Source: Octopus sinensis
Lineage: Eukaryota
Assembly: GCF_006345805.1 (NCBI RefSeq)
Contig: NC_043004.1
Coordinates: forward strand, 84,506,001-84,570,000
DNA: 64,000 nt
Reading direction: 5' to 3'
The stretch's first letter is position 1. Each line of letters opens with the position of its first letter. Shown here one piece after another: positions 13,081-26,264 of the stretch. Position numbers and translations under genes: made by a program. Below the pieces are notes generated by a model. It did no database searches and had not been told where the DNA came from. It saw nothing but the letters and a program-made list of their open reading frames with translations.

Positions 13081-13164
13081 TAAGAGTACATGCATATATA
13101 ACAGATTAGCGTGCACATATATGTAACAGATGTTGAACGCTTATGCAAATGTAAATTCATATAT

Positions 13165-13217
<53 letters not shown>

Positions 13218-13406
13218 TATGCATATACATGTGTGTGTACATATATAATTACATATATAATTACACAAACACACATATATATGTATACATGTGTGTGTGT
13301 TTATCCAGATGTGTGCCTTTGTGTGCAAGTATTTACATTTGCATAAGCGTTCGACATCCGTTACATATGTGTGCACACTAATCTGTTGTATATGCATGTA
13401 CACTTA
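13081..13406. repeat. Inverted repeat (~75-bp arms 13081-13156 and 13331-13406) around a TA/CA microsatellite
   Basis: GTACATGCATATATAACAGATTAG...CTTATGCAAATGTAAAT vs ATTTACATTTGCATAAG...CTAATCTGTTGTATATGCATGTAC. Confidence 0.85.
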
Positions 13407-13667
13407 TCTGTCATATAACTATTATATAGCTTCAACCACAGAAACCAGACATGCGTTTTTTGTAAATTATATAAATTATGTTAAATTAAATTAAATTAAA
13501 TTAAATTATATTAATTATGTTTATTTTTATGTTTTGGTTTATGTTTTTCACTGTTTGATTTGCCTAATAGTGGTTTTATCTCTAATTTAATTTATATATA
13601 TATATATATACACACATATATGTATATATATACATATTTATATATATATATATATTATATATAATAT

Positions 13668-13701
<34 letters not shown>

Positions 13702-13704
13702 CAT

Positions 13705-13788
<84 letters not shown>

Positions 13789-14169
13789 TATATATTCATA
13801 CATGCATACGCCTACATACGCACACATACACGCAAGCGTACATGCATGCATAGATTCTGATATATCTATAATATAATATAATGTAATACAATGTAATATA
13901 ATATAGTATATAGCAGATTGAATGAATGCTTGTAATAACGTGTTTAATGCAGTAGTGTTTGCTAAGTGGAATATACATCATATGTCTTAATTGAAGTAAA
14001 AATACAATTATTCATAGGAACCAAGTTTATTTTTGTGAGCAGATATTATGTGACACACTGATACACAGTTTCTGTAGCCTGCACGTTTCCTACGCTACAG
14101 CGAGAATATATGCCTCACCGGTCAAAACAACATTCTTATATAATTGTACATATCATAGTTGGAACTCTG

Positions 14170-14475
14170 TTGGTTAAGACGACGAGTGTTCCGGTTGATT
14201 CGATGAACAGAAAAGTCTGCTCTTGGAATGAACGTGTAAGTGGCTGAGTGCTTCACAGTCACTCATAGCTTCCAGTTATTCCTCGGGAAGTATGAGACAA
14301 GGCCAGATATTTGAGTTACAAGAAATAATTAATCATTGTCGGCCGAATGGATTAGAGCAACATGAAACAAACAAAGTCTCTTGCTGAAGGACATAACACG
14401 TCACCGGTAATCGAAACCATTAGCTAATGAACGTGAGCTGATTACGCTAACCAGTAAGCCACACAACTTCACATA
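14170..14475 (-). mobile_element. Decayed tRNA-head SINE, family C
   Basis: Shares GTGGCTGAG..., AGAGCAACATGAAA... and a B-box-like GGTTTCGATTACC (minus strand) with 25378-25635. Confidence 0.55.
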
Positions 14476-15390
14476 ACGTAAGGCATCATTACTTTATAAA
14501 ACATTTTAGTAATTATGGCCTTTGGATTTTAGATATTAGATGTTGCATTATGTCAGTCTTCGTATGTTCATTATTTAATCCTGTTTAAGCTGTTTATGAG
14601 CAACTTTCGGTAACTTTTTTGATATATAGCTTTTTTTATATATATTTTTGCTCCTCATACTACAGAGAAATATCTCATGAAATTACATATTTCCTGAATT
14701 TTATGAGTTTAGAGAAATCTAATTACTGAGACTTATGTTGCGAAAGAATTGAATGCTTCTAGCATTATTTCTGTTGCTAAATATATTATTAAACTATATT
14801 ATTAAAATACATATCCATTATTCAAGTTCAATGGCAAAATATTCCCAAAAATATACAAGTGTTTTCAATGTATATTAACGGTGTAAACCTGTGATTTGAG
14901 GAAAGATCTTTCTACTCTAATTGTGAATTTATGTGAGATAAAATAAAAAATGTCAACGAGCTACCATTAATGTCTGCAAAATATTTGCCCCTTAATGACT
15001 GCTTTTCGGTATATCAGCTGTAACGAAAATGGGCTAAGCCTGCGTTGAAATAAGATTCTGGCAACCGATGACGCGCAAATATTGCAGATATCCCGCATGC
15101 AATATTTTGAAGGCGGCTTCTCTAAGCTTTCAATTTGCTACTGATGATTACGTGACTTTAGAAGAAAATACAGACAATATTCTTTCTCAAGTCGGAGAGA
15201 GCCATGTTGGAGGTTTCTTATTGTATTTCCACGACAACGACGTTATACAGAAGTGGCGTTATGAATAATAAAACCAATTTACTTGCTTGGAGATACATGA
15301 AACATTTATAATGAATGAAAACACGATATGTATGTACGTCACACACCACCGCACATTATATATGTATATATATATGTTTATATATATATA

Positions 15391-15448
<58 letters not shown>

Positions 15449-15635
15449 GATATATATATATATATCTTAGCATGGAAAATTCGGTTTAACCGATACCCGG
15501 GTAGCAAATTCACGTCAGAAAACACGGTTGAAGCGACCTGTCAAGGGTAGAAACTCCGGGTTCTTGTGTGAAAACTTGTGTTTTTTTATATAAATAAATG
15601 AAAGAATGGAGTCGAACGAAGATTTTAACAAAATT

Positions 15636-15731
15636 TCCTTACTCACGACACATGTTTCGAAGACGGCATACTTTTAATTCCGAAGGAATAAATGGTGCAT
15701 TATGCCATCTTCTCATCAGGAAAGGTAAGGA
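15636..15731 (-). ncRNA. Type I hammerhead ribozyme motif with long stem II
   Basis: Minus strand: TCCTTAC-CTTTC-CTGATGA-GAAGATGGCATA...TATGCCGTCTTC-GAAAC-ATGT-GTC-GTGA-GTAAGGA; 12-bp stem II, imperfect stem I, GUC triplet. Confidence 0.7.
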
Positions 15732-15849
15732 GCCTCTTTCTTATAGCCTCCGCTGTTCACAGCAGTGCTTGTAAGTTAGGTGTGTAGTGTTTGATCGTCG
15801 AATTTAACCATGATACTGAAAGTTTTAATGGTAATATCGGCTCAGTGAT

Positions 15850-16471
15850 CTACGCAAAAATTGCAGAAATTGTATGGAGAGGAGTGTGCCAGCAGCACAA
15901 AAGCGTACGTGAGTTTTACACGTTTATGAGAGGGCCGAAAAGATATTGATATTGAAAATGCTCTGAGAGACCGGCAACCAGCACAAATGAGAAACACATC
16001 GCAGATGTGCGTGCAGGTGCGAGAGGAAATCGTGGAATCACAACTTGTGAGTTATCAGAGAACGCGCAGATTAATTAAAATTCAGTTCAGTCTATTGTCA
16101 CTGATGATTTGTGTATGAGTGGCGTTTCTGCCACATTTGTGCCAAAACTGCTTTGAGTTAAACAAATTTTCACTCGGGTTTCAGTTGCATAATATCTCCT
16201 TGATTATGTCGAGAAAGTCGAAATTTTAAAAAGAAAATGGGTATCACTAAGCTTATGGCAAAATATCATGCAGATTATCTGCTTAACTTTCTCTGGCACG
16301 GCCAGTGCGACGATCACGACCTGTGAATAGCAAAAGTGAACTAGAATGATAAATATTTAGTGCGCATGCACAACAGATTTCAAGGTCAATATTTACCAAG
16401 CGGGTTAACTGTCCGTGCTTTAGCGTCGTCACTATAGTAACAGTTCGAATACTCATTTATCAGACGACGTA
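15850..16471 (+). mobile_element. mariner-type DNA transposon relic
   Basis: Broken translation RPATSTNEKHIADVRA..RGNRGIT..ELSE..SVQSIVTDDL.MSGVSATFVPKLL (WVPHEL-equivalent motif); TIR-like end ...TCAGACGACGTA at ~16460-16471. Confidence 0.7.
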
Positions 16472-16483
16472 CATATATATATT

Positions 16484-16660
16484 CGCCATGATAGATCGCT
16501 AGCCACTACACATTCTTTATTTTCTCTCCTTGTCTCTTTCTGTTGAGGAGCGTAGGCTCGAAACGTTAAAGACTTTTTCGCTTTCCGAGCGTTATACTAA
16601 TACATCAGTTTGTTGTCTACACCACCTGTCTTCGTCTTTTGTGCTTGTGTGAACTCTCCC
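16484..16660 (+). mobile_element. Short pseudo-LTR-like repeat with hammerhead variant (CUGUUGA core) at 16535-16572
   Basis: TCTTT-CTGTTGA-G-GAGC(GTAG)GCTC-GAAA-CG-TT-AAAGA; homologous to 39047-39235 (minus) and related to 31612-31817. Confidence 0.7.
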
Positions 16661-16681
16661 CTCCCCATCTATATGTCTATA

Positions 16682-16791
<110 letters not shown>

Positions 16792-17184
16792 TATAAAGTT
16801 TAAAAAAACGAGATGAGCATAGTTTGATACAATTTATTTAAACATGAGAATTTCTTGTCGCAATTAGTGTTTCGGAACTTAAAACAAGTGGAGATAATAT
16901 ATTTTTACTACGTTTTATATGTAAAATACTTGTCTGTCTGCATTAATATAGACAATATCGAAATCAATGCAAATACTATATTCCCCTCATTATTTACAGC
17001 ATTATCTAATTCCAATATTTTTCTCTTGTGCTGAAATATATATATATTATATGTTTTGTAGAATCATGCATTAGGAACTTCTTTTTGAGTACCACCGGAA
17101 GAATTGCATCTATTGTGACTAAAACATATATCATATAAATATATATATATATGCATATATATGCATGTATGTATTATATATATT

Positions 17185-17215
<31 letters not shown>

Positions 17216-18582
17216 GCATGTATATATATATATATATATTTATATGTATATTTATATATTTATTTTGTATGTATGTATATATATATATATAATTATATAT
17301 ATGATATATGGTGAGATAGAGAGAGAGATGGATGGCTATTGGGGAGGTTGATAGAAAGATAGCGATATATTCGTATACATATGAATCGGTATATGTATGT
17401 ATGCATACATGCATGTATAAATATATATATATGTACATATAGAGAGAAGGAGTGTGTGATAAAGAGACACTGAGGTGTCAGCATATTTATATGTAAAGGT
17501 ATACATGCATTGGTCAATATGTTTGTCAATCTACATGCTTTTATTTTTCGCCACATGAAATATTTCCTTCAATAAGTCTGTAGATCGGCAACGTTACCAA
17601 TTCCATTAGCTTTTATTCTCACACGTATATAACTTTTTCTATCATTTTAGATACATGCATGCATCTTGCTATAATATATCGCGCACTCGAAATTTTTGTA
17701 ATGATAAAACACTTTATTCTAATTTTGGAGTCTTTAATGGGAATATCCTACACTAGCATTCGCCTAGAAGTGGAATGACTTGGCTTATATCCTATTGAGA
17801 ATAGTTATTCTCCTAATGTAATTCTCTCTCTCTCTTCTCTTTTCTGACACTTTCTTTCAATCAGACTCTGTATGTCTGTGTGTGTTGTGGGTGTGCGTGC
17901 GTGTGTGTGTCTGTGAGTGTGTGTGTGTGAGTGATAACTGTGGTTTGAGACGTTTTGAAAATCTTGTTTCCAGCAACACTGTACTGTTTGGTAAGCTTGG
18001 TCGTAAATAAATAATTTTACCCCTACGGGTGTTTTTATGACTGCTGGCCACTTATAGTATTATTATTATTATTATTTATCTAAAATAACTTTATATATAT
18101 TTTTTTTATAATTTTATTCACATTGAACATTTTAGAATTTACCACTGCATTCAAATGATGAAGACACATATGTTCATTAGTCCTCGACAGTAATACTCAC
18201 GGATGTGACTTGTTTTTCGCAGGGTTCGAAACCATGTAATATCAGTACGTCTACAAATTTCATTTGCGATTTTGACTCGTTATTGTTAAGTTAACTTTTC
18301 TATTTACTGGTTTCCTCGAATTCGAACAGTGATAACCATAGTTTTGAATCGTTTTCAGTTTTATCTCTATCAATGCTGGTACTATCTGGTATATCTGATT
18401 ATAAATTTATATTTGTAGCTTTAGGTTTATTTTTATACTTTCTAGCAACTTATATTGTTATCAATTGTTAATAGTAATATCCTTGCATTGTATTTCGGGA
18501 CGGTCATTTTTTTAACCAAATAAACATGTATATTCGTTCTTTACATGTTTATTACTCTTTTTATTCTAACTCATGTCCATTG

Positions 18583-18626
18583 TCCAGGAATCTTTCGTCA
18601 CACATCTGTGACCTCTTCAGAGAAAC
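18583..18626 (-). ncRNA. Partly decayed hammerhead motif
   Basis: Minus strand CTGAAGA-G-GTCACA(GATG)TGTGAC-GAAA-GATTC; stem I poor; same stem II as 44100-44143. Confidence 0.5.
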
Positions 18627-18726
18627 TTTTCTTCTTCATGAGTGTTTTTGTTCTGCTTATTCCGTTCAGTTCTTCTCTGATGTGTATCATTATATGCGCA
18701 TGCACTCGTGCTTGTTTGTGTGATTC

Positions 18727-18764
<38 letters not shown>

Positions 18765-18988
18765 ACCTTTCTTAGTATCACTATAAACCCTCCCCTCAAT
18801 CCCAACCCTGCCCCGTTGCAGCTGCTGCTCCCCTTGTGTCTGACTTTCTGTACCGTTCTTGTAACTCACTGTGTTTGTGATTTCGCCCACTGTCCTGCCA
18901 GCATGGTAGATATTATTTTGTTGTTGTTCTTGATCTTCCTGTCCTTGACATTGTTGTAAGTCATGGTGTTGATATTGTTGCCGCTATA

Positions 18989-19370
18989 TATAAAGATTTT
19001 GAAATAGAAATTAGGAAAATGTGGAACCTGAAAAGTAAAACAATACATGTTGTCATAGGTTCCCTGGGAATGATAGCAAAAGGAGCTGATTGCTACCTAG
19101 CTCAAATAGCAGGAAACCCCAAAATGGCAACATTTCAAAATATAGTGATCATGGGAACTGCCCATATCCTACGCAAAATACTTTCTATGTAATCTTAAGT
19201 TTTAAAACAAAAAATTGTCCTATATTTTCTTCAACATTCTCTAGAACAACACTATGGACAAAACCAAATATATGCCACCCTAGGTATAATGCCAACATGA
19301 ACTTCCAACTTGTAATCTCTTGAGACTTGGAGCCAACTTGTACAAATGTAAAGCAAAGGTCAAACATAAA
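18989..19370 (+). mobile_element. 3' end of R4/Dong-type non-LTR retrotransposon (restriction-like endonuclease C-terminus plus 3' UTR)
   Basis: 18989-19192 reads YKDFEIEIRKMWNLKSKTIHVVIGSLGMIAKG...QNIVIMGTAHILRKILSM*, matching the KY.DL..EI.RMW....PVVIGALG...GTA.ILR consensus; followed by (TAA)n. Confidence 0.8.
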
Positions 19371-19522
19371 ATAATAATAATAATAATAACAATAATAAAT
19401 AATAAATAATAAATAATAATAATAAATAATAATAGATAATAATAAATAATAAATAATAATAATAATAATATAATAATAAAATAAATAATAATATAATAAT
19501 AAATAATAATATAATAATAATA

Positions 19523-19553
<31 letters not shown>

Positions 19554-19595
19554 TTAATAATAATAATAATAATAATAATGATAATAATAATAATG

Positions 19596-19850
19596 ATCCC
19601 TGGCTTACCATCCCTGCAAGAAGTGCAAAAGATTGTCTTAACTGGTACATCACACGTATTGAGAAGAGCATTGTCGATGTGAGAACTGTTGCTGCTCATG
19701 TATGAACGAACTATTGAGTTTGGTTTAATGGGCCACCAATGTATACTATGCGTTTCTTTGCCCTAGGAGTCGGGAACACACTCGGCAAGAAATGGAAGCA
19801 AATTTGAAAGAAGAAAAAAAAAGTAATAATAATAATAAGGATAATAATAT
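19596..19850 (+). mobile_element. 3' end of a second R4/Dong-type family, flanked by (TAA)n
   Basis: 19596-19682 reads IPGLPSLQEVQKIVLTGTSHVLRRALSM*; different 3' UTR; TAA repeats on both sides. Confidence 0.75.
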
Positions 19851-20255
19851 ATGAATAGTTTTATTTGAATTACTAACTAAATTTAATACCCCGATAATAA
19901 TTATTATAGTATTGTATGGTTTATAACTTATATTCTTACTACAACAATATTATTTTGTTACTTCTAAAAGAATTAATAAAATTTGGATATATACTATTTA
20001 TAGTCACTTATATGAAATATTATACTAATTGTATCGGTACTCAAAACTTGTTTTTGTTTATAATAATTAATTATTATTTACTGAGTACTCCCTTTATTAA
20101 TATGAATAATCCTTATTTAAGTAGCTGGTTATTTCTAAAAAACTAGCCATATTACAAAAAAACTACTAATCATCCAAGTATATTATGATAGAAATAAATT
20201 ATTGGATTGCCAATCATATCTCTCTTATTTATTGCTTTTGTATGTATGGCATATA

Positions 20256-20323
<68 letters not shown>

Positions 20324-20328
20324 GTTTA

Positions 20329-20490
20329 AATATTTGTTGTGCAAGATTTTTTATGTGAAGTCGTTGTGTTGAAACAGATATGTTATATTTCGGAATGGTG
20401 ATATTGCCAGTTTAGCAAAATAACCAAATATATAGTGCGTGTGTTTTTATTGGCTAAACTGGCAATATGACCATTCCGAAATATAACAAT
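20329..20490. mobile_element. Short inverted rearrangement of the same pseudo-LTR family as 43978-44358
   Basis: Arms TGTTATATTTCGGAATGG.ATATTGCCAGTTTAGC (~20381-20416) and its reverse complement (~20453-20489); flanked by (TA)n. Confidence 0.75.
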
Positions 20491-20644
20491 ATATATAATA
20501 TATATATATGCATTACTTAGAAATCCCTGCTCATGGCTCTACATAAAACGTTTACATACCAAGAAAGTAGAATTGTGTAACTACATTATCTTGTCATTCT
20601 CTCTCTTCCTCTCTCACTCTCTCTCTCGCTCTTTCTCTCTCTCG

Positions 20645-20677
<33 letters not shown>

Positions 20678-20690
20678 ACACACACACACA

Positions 20691-20730
<40 letters not shown>

Positions 20731-23403
20731 GTACGCTTGTTTGGGTTTGCTTGCTCTCATTCTTTTAAATGAAGTGTATTCAGTGAAGTGCGTTCCAAGA
20801 TTTCATTTTGTATTTTTGCGTGATGAGAAGTCTTAACATAGGAATCTGTTGCTGATAACACTAATCTTGCTTTGAAACCGAACTTCGTTCATCTGGGAAT
20901 AGATAAGCACGAGGTGTGAGGTCATTGATAATTACCCATCAGATTTAGTGTGCTTTTAATCAATATTTACAAATAACACGTTGGCTCATAAACAAGAATC
21001 CGTTTTCAATCAGCAATTTCCATTTGGAAATGGCAGCACAAATTAAGCATCGTTCGTAATTGATTGTTCCGTTGCGAGGAAAACCGAAACAAAATTGATA
21101 ATTCTTAATATTATAATGAATTTCTCAAAATGTGATAAAATTTCAAAGGTAAAGAGAAATAAAAAAAAGAAAGATGGCAATAACTACACATCCTCTCAAA
21201 ATTAATAATATGCTATTCTCAAACATTATTTGAAAATACCATTGCAGAAAAACAAATTGTTTTTAATTGTTTTTCACTAAATTTACCAGAGAACATGAAA
21301 TAAAGTATCAATTTCCATCAGCTAATATTCTTTGAAAAGTATGGATTACCTTCAACCATATTATCTATAAATACTACAAATAACATTAACACTGAAGATT
21401 CTGTTCAACGCCCACCCATGCATATATCCATATATATTTTTTTTATATATGCACACTATATAGGGAATAACCCAGCGTTACATGCATCCCGAGATTCATA
21501 CATGTTTTTATAACTTTTGTACAGCAATTAAATTTCATAACATTGCCGTTTTAGTCACTGCTTTTCTGAAGTTATATTTGCATAAAATTTGACTGAAAAT
21601 GAATACACCTCTCAAGTCACAAGTTCTATTCTTCACTACTTCGAAGATGTGGGAAGATTTTTCAGACTTTTTATATCCTGCATTTAATTATATTTTTTGA
21701 AATGGAGAGATTCTAGTTATATTTAATTCATATAGTTTCTGGTCAATCTGAACGGACACACAATTTAAAATGAGAAGCGGTTTTAATAGGAACTAAGGAC
21801 CCGTAATTGGAGTTCCTTCTACGTTGAAAATCGCAATTGCAACAGCTATACTTCTACCACTCTAAAGGTATGTGTCATCAAAATGCAATTGTGGGTATAG
21901 CAAAGCTTTTTTTACACACCAGTATTGTTGCCATGAACTGTGATGTTCGCTGAGTAGTGATTATGTGGATTAGATTGCTATTGTGCTATATAAGAGAGAT
22001 TGGGTCGTAGTCCATTGTGTTGATTGAATGCTCCCCAATTTCCAGGTTGACAGCTCTACTTCAACTACCAAGTGGTCGGTAAACATTTCTCACAAAAAGA
22101 ATTAACATTTTACCAACTGAGAAATCTCTGTGACATGTAATGCTAGTGTTAATAGAAAACCGAATTGTTATATTCTAGACTTTATATGCACGATATGTTA
22201 CGGCATCGTAGGGATTTCCTTTCAAAAGACAAGTTAGATATAACCCGAAATCACCGGAGCGTAACATTATGACCGCAATCCCGATATTAATGGCAAGCTA
22301 AGACTTTACATATTATAATCGAGAGCTTCATATTCACAACTACTTAGCATTTGTGCTCTAATACTTTTGGCTCGTTCTGCTTAAAGTTTCTTTTTTATCT
22401 AGATGCTCCGCCTATATTTCCTGCATGATTTTCATTATATGCTAGGTTGAGAGATAGCTTCAAGTTAAAAAGTCTAGTTCAGTTCTGGCAATCATGAACG
22501 ACGTTGCAGGAATCCCATTTCAGGCCAGTGCAGTAACATCTTTCTACATCAAACGAAAGATTTTGCCAAAATTAAAAGGACCTAAAACATTTTCTGTTGC
22601 TCTCAAAAGCATTAAGGGAAAATATGAACTCCTAAACCTGTCGTCGGCCTGTTTTGATGTTTTCATTAACATATTCATCAGGATCCAAGAGCATAATTCT
22701 ACTGGTCATACGTTTTTGGTTGCTGAACGTGATAGCTCATTACCTACGTTATGTGATGAATGCGAATTGCAACCGCAGTAAGATCTACAAGACAGAATCC
22801 ATACTTAATAGAGTACAGTATTTTCAGTAACGTTCATTGATTTTATGTTGCCGATATCATTTATGGGTATGTTTGTAATAAAATGCGTATACATTTTGGA
22901 TACAATTTCATATCTGCTTTCTGGTGGTTAATCCAAAATCTCTCGGAATAGGCGTATAAGCAGACTTCGAAAATGATTGCAAACATTGTTTTTTATCCTA
23001 AGAAGTGAGAGCAAAGTTAAAATCTCTTCGAAGGTATTCTTCCAGACAATATCTCGATTAACTGTAAGTCAAAACGTCGATATTTAATTCTAGTAACCAC
23101 TGGAAAAGGTATACGCAAACACATTCCAAGACTATATTTAGTACAGTTAAAGTTTTATTTGCGAACTCAACAAAAGAAAAATTATGAGACAATGAACGAG
23201 AGATGTTTCCCAGAAAATAATTTGAGCTTGAAGTCTAGCTTCATTACATAAAGTTTTGTTTTAGAAACAACTGAAAATCTCAGAGTAAATGATAGTGGAA
23301 CTAAGTGAAGTAAATGCTTCTTCATCTTCCTGTCGATCGATCCGTCTGCCTATTTTCCTGTTTATTCCAAAATCTGATCTACGTATGTGCATGCACATGT
23401 ATG

Positions 23404-23446
<43 letters not shown>

Positions 23447-23533
23447 ATTTATATATTTATATATATGCATTTATATATATATGTATATATAGATATATAT
23501 GTATATATATATGCATTTATATATACATGTATG

Positions 23534-23573
<40 letters not shown>

Positions 23574-23615
23574 ATGAATATATATCTATATATATCTATA
23601 TGTATGTATGTATGC

Positions 23616-23647
<32 letters not shown>

Positions 23648-23691
23648 GTATATACACACGCACATATATATATATATATATATATGTATAT

Positions 23692-23722
<31 letters not shown>

Positions 23723-23851
23723 CCTGTAAGCTTAAAAGTAGACATTATTACGTATATCTCTACATATACAGACATCCATACGTATATATATATATATATA
23801 TATATAAACATATAAATATGTACATGTATATATACATACATATACATACAT

Positions 23852-24505
23852 AACTTAGAATAAATTAGAAATGTTTTGGCTATTATTGGCCCAGGCCATG
23901 TCTGACTTAACAGCACCACCTGGTGAAGTCTTTCAATTCAGGATTTGGGCACCAAGGCCCATTCGAGCAGAGAGTTATTGTTTGCGGTGACATATCCGGG
24001 TGTGGGTGGTTTGTCCGGGACTGCTTGAAGTAATTTGTCCAAAGACTTCTTGAATTTTGTGTGATCAGTTTCTGTTTTGACGTGTCCTGGTGTAATTTTG
24101 AAGAGAGCGGGTCCAATTGAGGTGAAATAATTGTGCAGTATTGTCGTTATGTGATGCGATTTAGATTTTTGTTGTAGACGGATGGAACGTGGTCCAAGCC
24201 TTGGATGTATTTTGAAGGTGATGCCAACATCATTCGAACAGTGCTGATGGAATATTTCCCACATCACGCAGGTAATATAGCGTTCACGGCGTCGTTGGAG
24301 TGAATACAGTTTCAGCTTCTCTAATCTACCCCAGTAATCGAGGTCTGACATGCCATCTATCTTTTTTGTGATTGACCTTCGGGGAGCTTCAATTCTCATA
24401 ATATTTTGTTTTGTGTAGGGAGACCACAGTGGACAGCAGTATTCAAGGTGGGGTCGGGCAAAAGTGGAGAAGAGAAGGATAATGGTGTGGGAATCTCTCG
24501 ACTGT
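23852..24505 (-). mobile_element. 5'-truncated CR1/L2-type LINE (end of ORF2 plus short 3' UTR)
   Basis: Reading frame [63 protein letters not shown]... (extends ORF 23938-24399); RPHLEYC..WSP and Y.ERL..L.L.SL..RR.R are CR1-type post-RT motifs. Confidence 0.85.
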
Positions 24506-25377
24506 GTGAGTGTGCTTTTGTATTTATATATTTATATCTATGCATATATATAGATATGTATATATAGATATATATGTATATATATATGCATTTATATATA
24601 CATGTATGTATGTATATATATATATATATACATGTATGTATGTATATATATATGTATGTATGCATATATATACATATATATATATATATATGTATGCATG
24701 TATGTAGTATATACACTCACATATGTACCTGTAAGCTTAAAAGTAGACATTATTACGTGTATCTCTACATATACAGACATCCATACGTATCTACATATAT
24801 ATAAACATATAAATATTTACATGTATATATACATACACACACATATATATTTATATATTATATATATATATATATAATATTGATATGTGTGTGTGTGTGT
24901 GTGTGTGTGTTGATGTCAGATGAGTGGTATTTTCTTTTAATGCGTTATTACTTAACACACTCACCGGTTCGATTTCCTCTCCTCTCTCTCTCTCTATTTT
25001 TTATAAAATTTCCTTTGCGTCTTGCAAAATTTTCAGTAGTTGTTAACACCGTCCGTTATCAGAGCTGCGTTCTTGTTGCTTGTATCTTTGTTAGTGGGCA
25101 TGTGAGTGCGTCGGTGTGCATGTGTATTAACATATATATGTGCGTGAATCTATGCATGTATGTATGCATGTGTTTACACATATATAAGCATATGTCTATA
25201 CGTTTATATATATGTAAGTATTTTGCATATGCATGTGTTTCTGTGTTTGTATGTGTGTGGTGTGAGTGTGTATTTGTGTGTGTACATATCCACATTTCCT
25301 ATGCAATATTTACTTGTTTATCTGTTTATTTATATATCCATTTATCTACATTTATACATATATACATCGCTTAAAAT

Positions 25378-25635
25378 GATGGGGCCCTAGCCGATACGGT
25401 CAATTTGACGCACAAGTGGCTGAGCACTCAAGAGAGACGTAGTTCTAAGGGAGAGGGAGCCAGACACAGTGTGACAAGAGTGTCCCTTTGAAATACAGCT
25501 GTAACTCATTTTCTGACAGCTAAGAGACCTGGAGCAACGAGAAATGAAGTGACTTTGCCAAGTATACAACGCCTCCCCGATATTGAACTCACGGCCTTAC
25601 GAGCCAAATTCCCTAACCACCAACCCACATGTTTT
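25378..25635 (-). mobile_element. tRNA-head SINE, family C
   Basis: GTGGCTGAGCACTC..GTGACAAG..CCCTTTGAAATACAG..CTGGAGCAACGAGAAATGAAG..CCCTAACCAC. Confidence 0.6.
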
Positions 25636-25684
25636 CACAATATGTATATTTATATACATATACTATACGTATATAAGTATATAC

Positions 25685-25737
<53 letters not shown>

Positions 25738-25758
25738 TAATCTATTATATATATATAA

Positions 25759-26038
25759 GAAATGAAGAAATGCTGGACAAATAATTTTAAGTAAAGGAGA
25801 GTGTATTTAATTTACGGTTGCGCATTTGTTTGCTTATCAAAAGATATATTTTTAAGAGAGATAGAGTTACTTTCTGATACATTTTTTTCTTATCAGATAA
25901 GAGAAAAAAAATCTATCAGAAAGGAACTCTATACTCTCTTAAAAATATATCTTTTGATAAGCATAACAAATGCGCAACCGGTAAATTAAATACACTCTCC
26001 TTTACTTAAAATTATTTTGTCAGCATTTTCTTCATTTC
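25759..26038. mobile_element. Fold-back palindrome (~135-bp arms, centre ~25895) flanked by (TA)n
   Basis: AAGTAAAGGAGAGTGTATTTAATTTACGGTTGCGCATTTG...CTTATC a GATAAG...CAAATGCGCAACCGTAAATTAAATACACTCTCCTTTACTT. Confidence 0.85.
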
Positions 26039-26086
26039 CTTTTGTCATATAACACAACTCGTGTTCCACATCTCCTTTTTTAAATA

Positions 26087-26133
<47 letters not shown>

Positions 26134-26264
26134 TATATATACACATACATACGCACACACACATACACACATGTGTATATACGTATATACACGTTTACAT
26201 AATAACCTACTAACACCTATACGTATGTATATATAAACTGTGGGTATTGGGGTATGACTACCTT

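Noticed and set aside
22400-23280. Possible hAT transposase C-terminal relic on the minus strand
   Set aside because: Only a vague ER..L..IK resemblance; cannot be supported without a search
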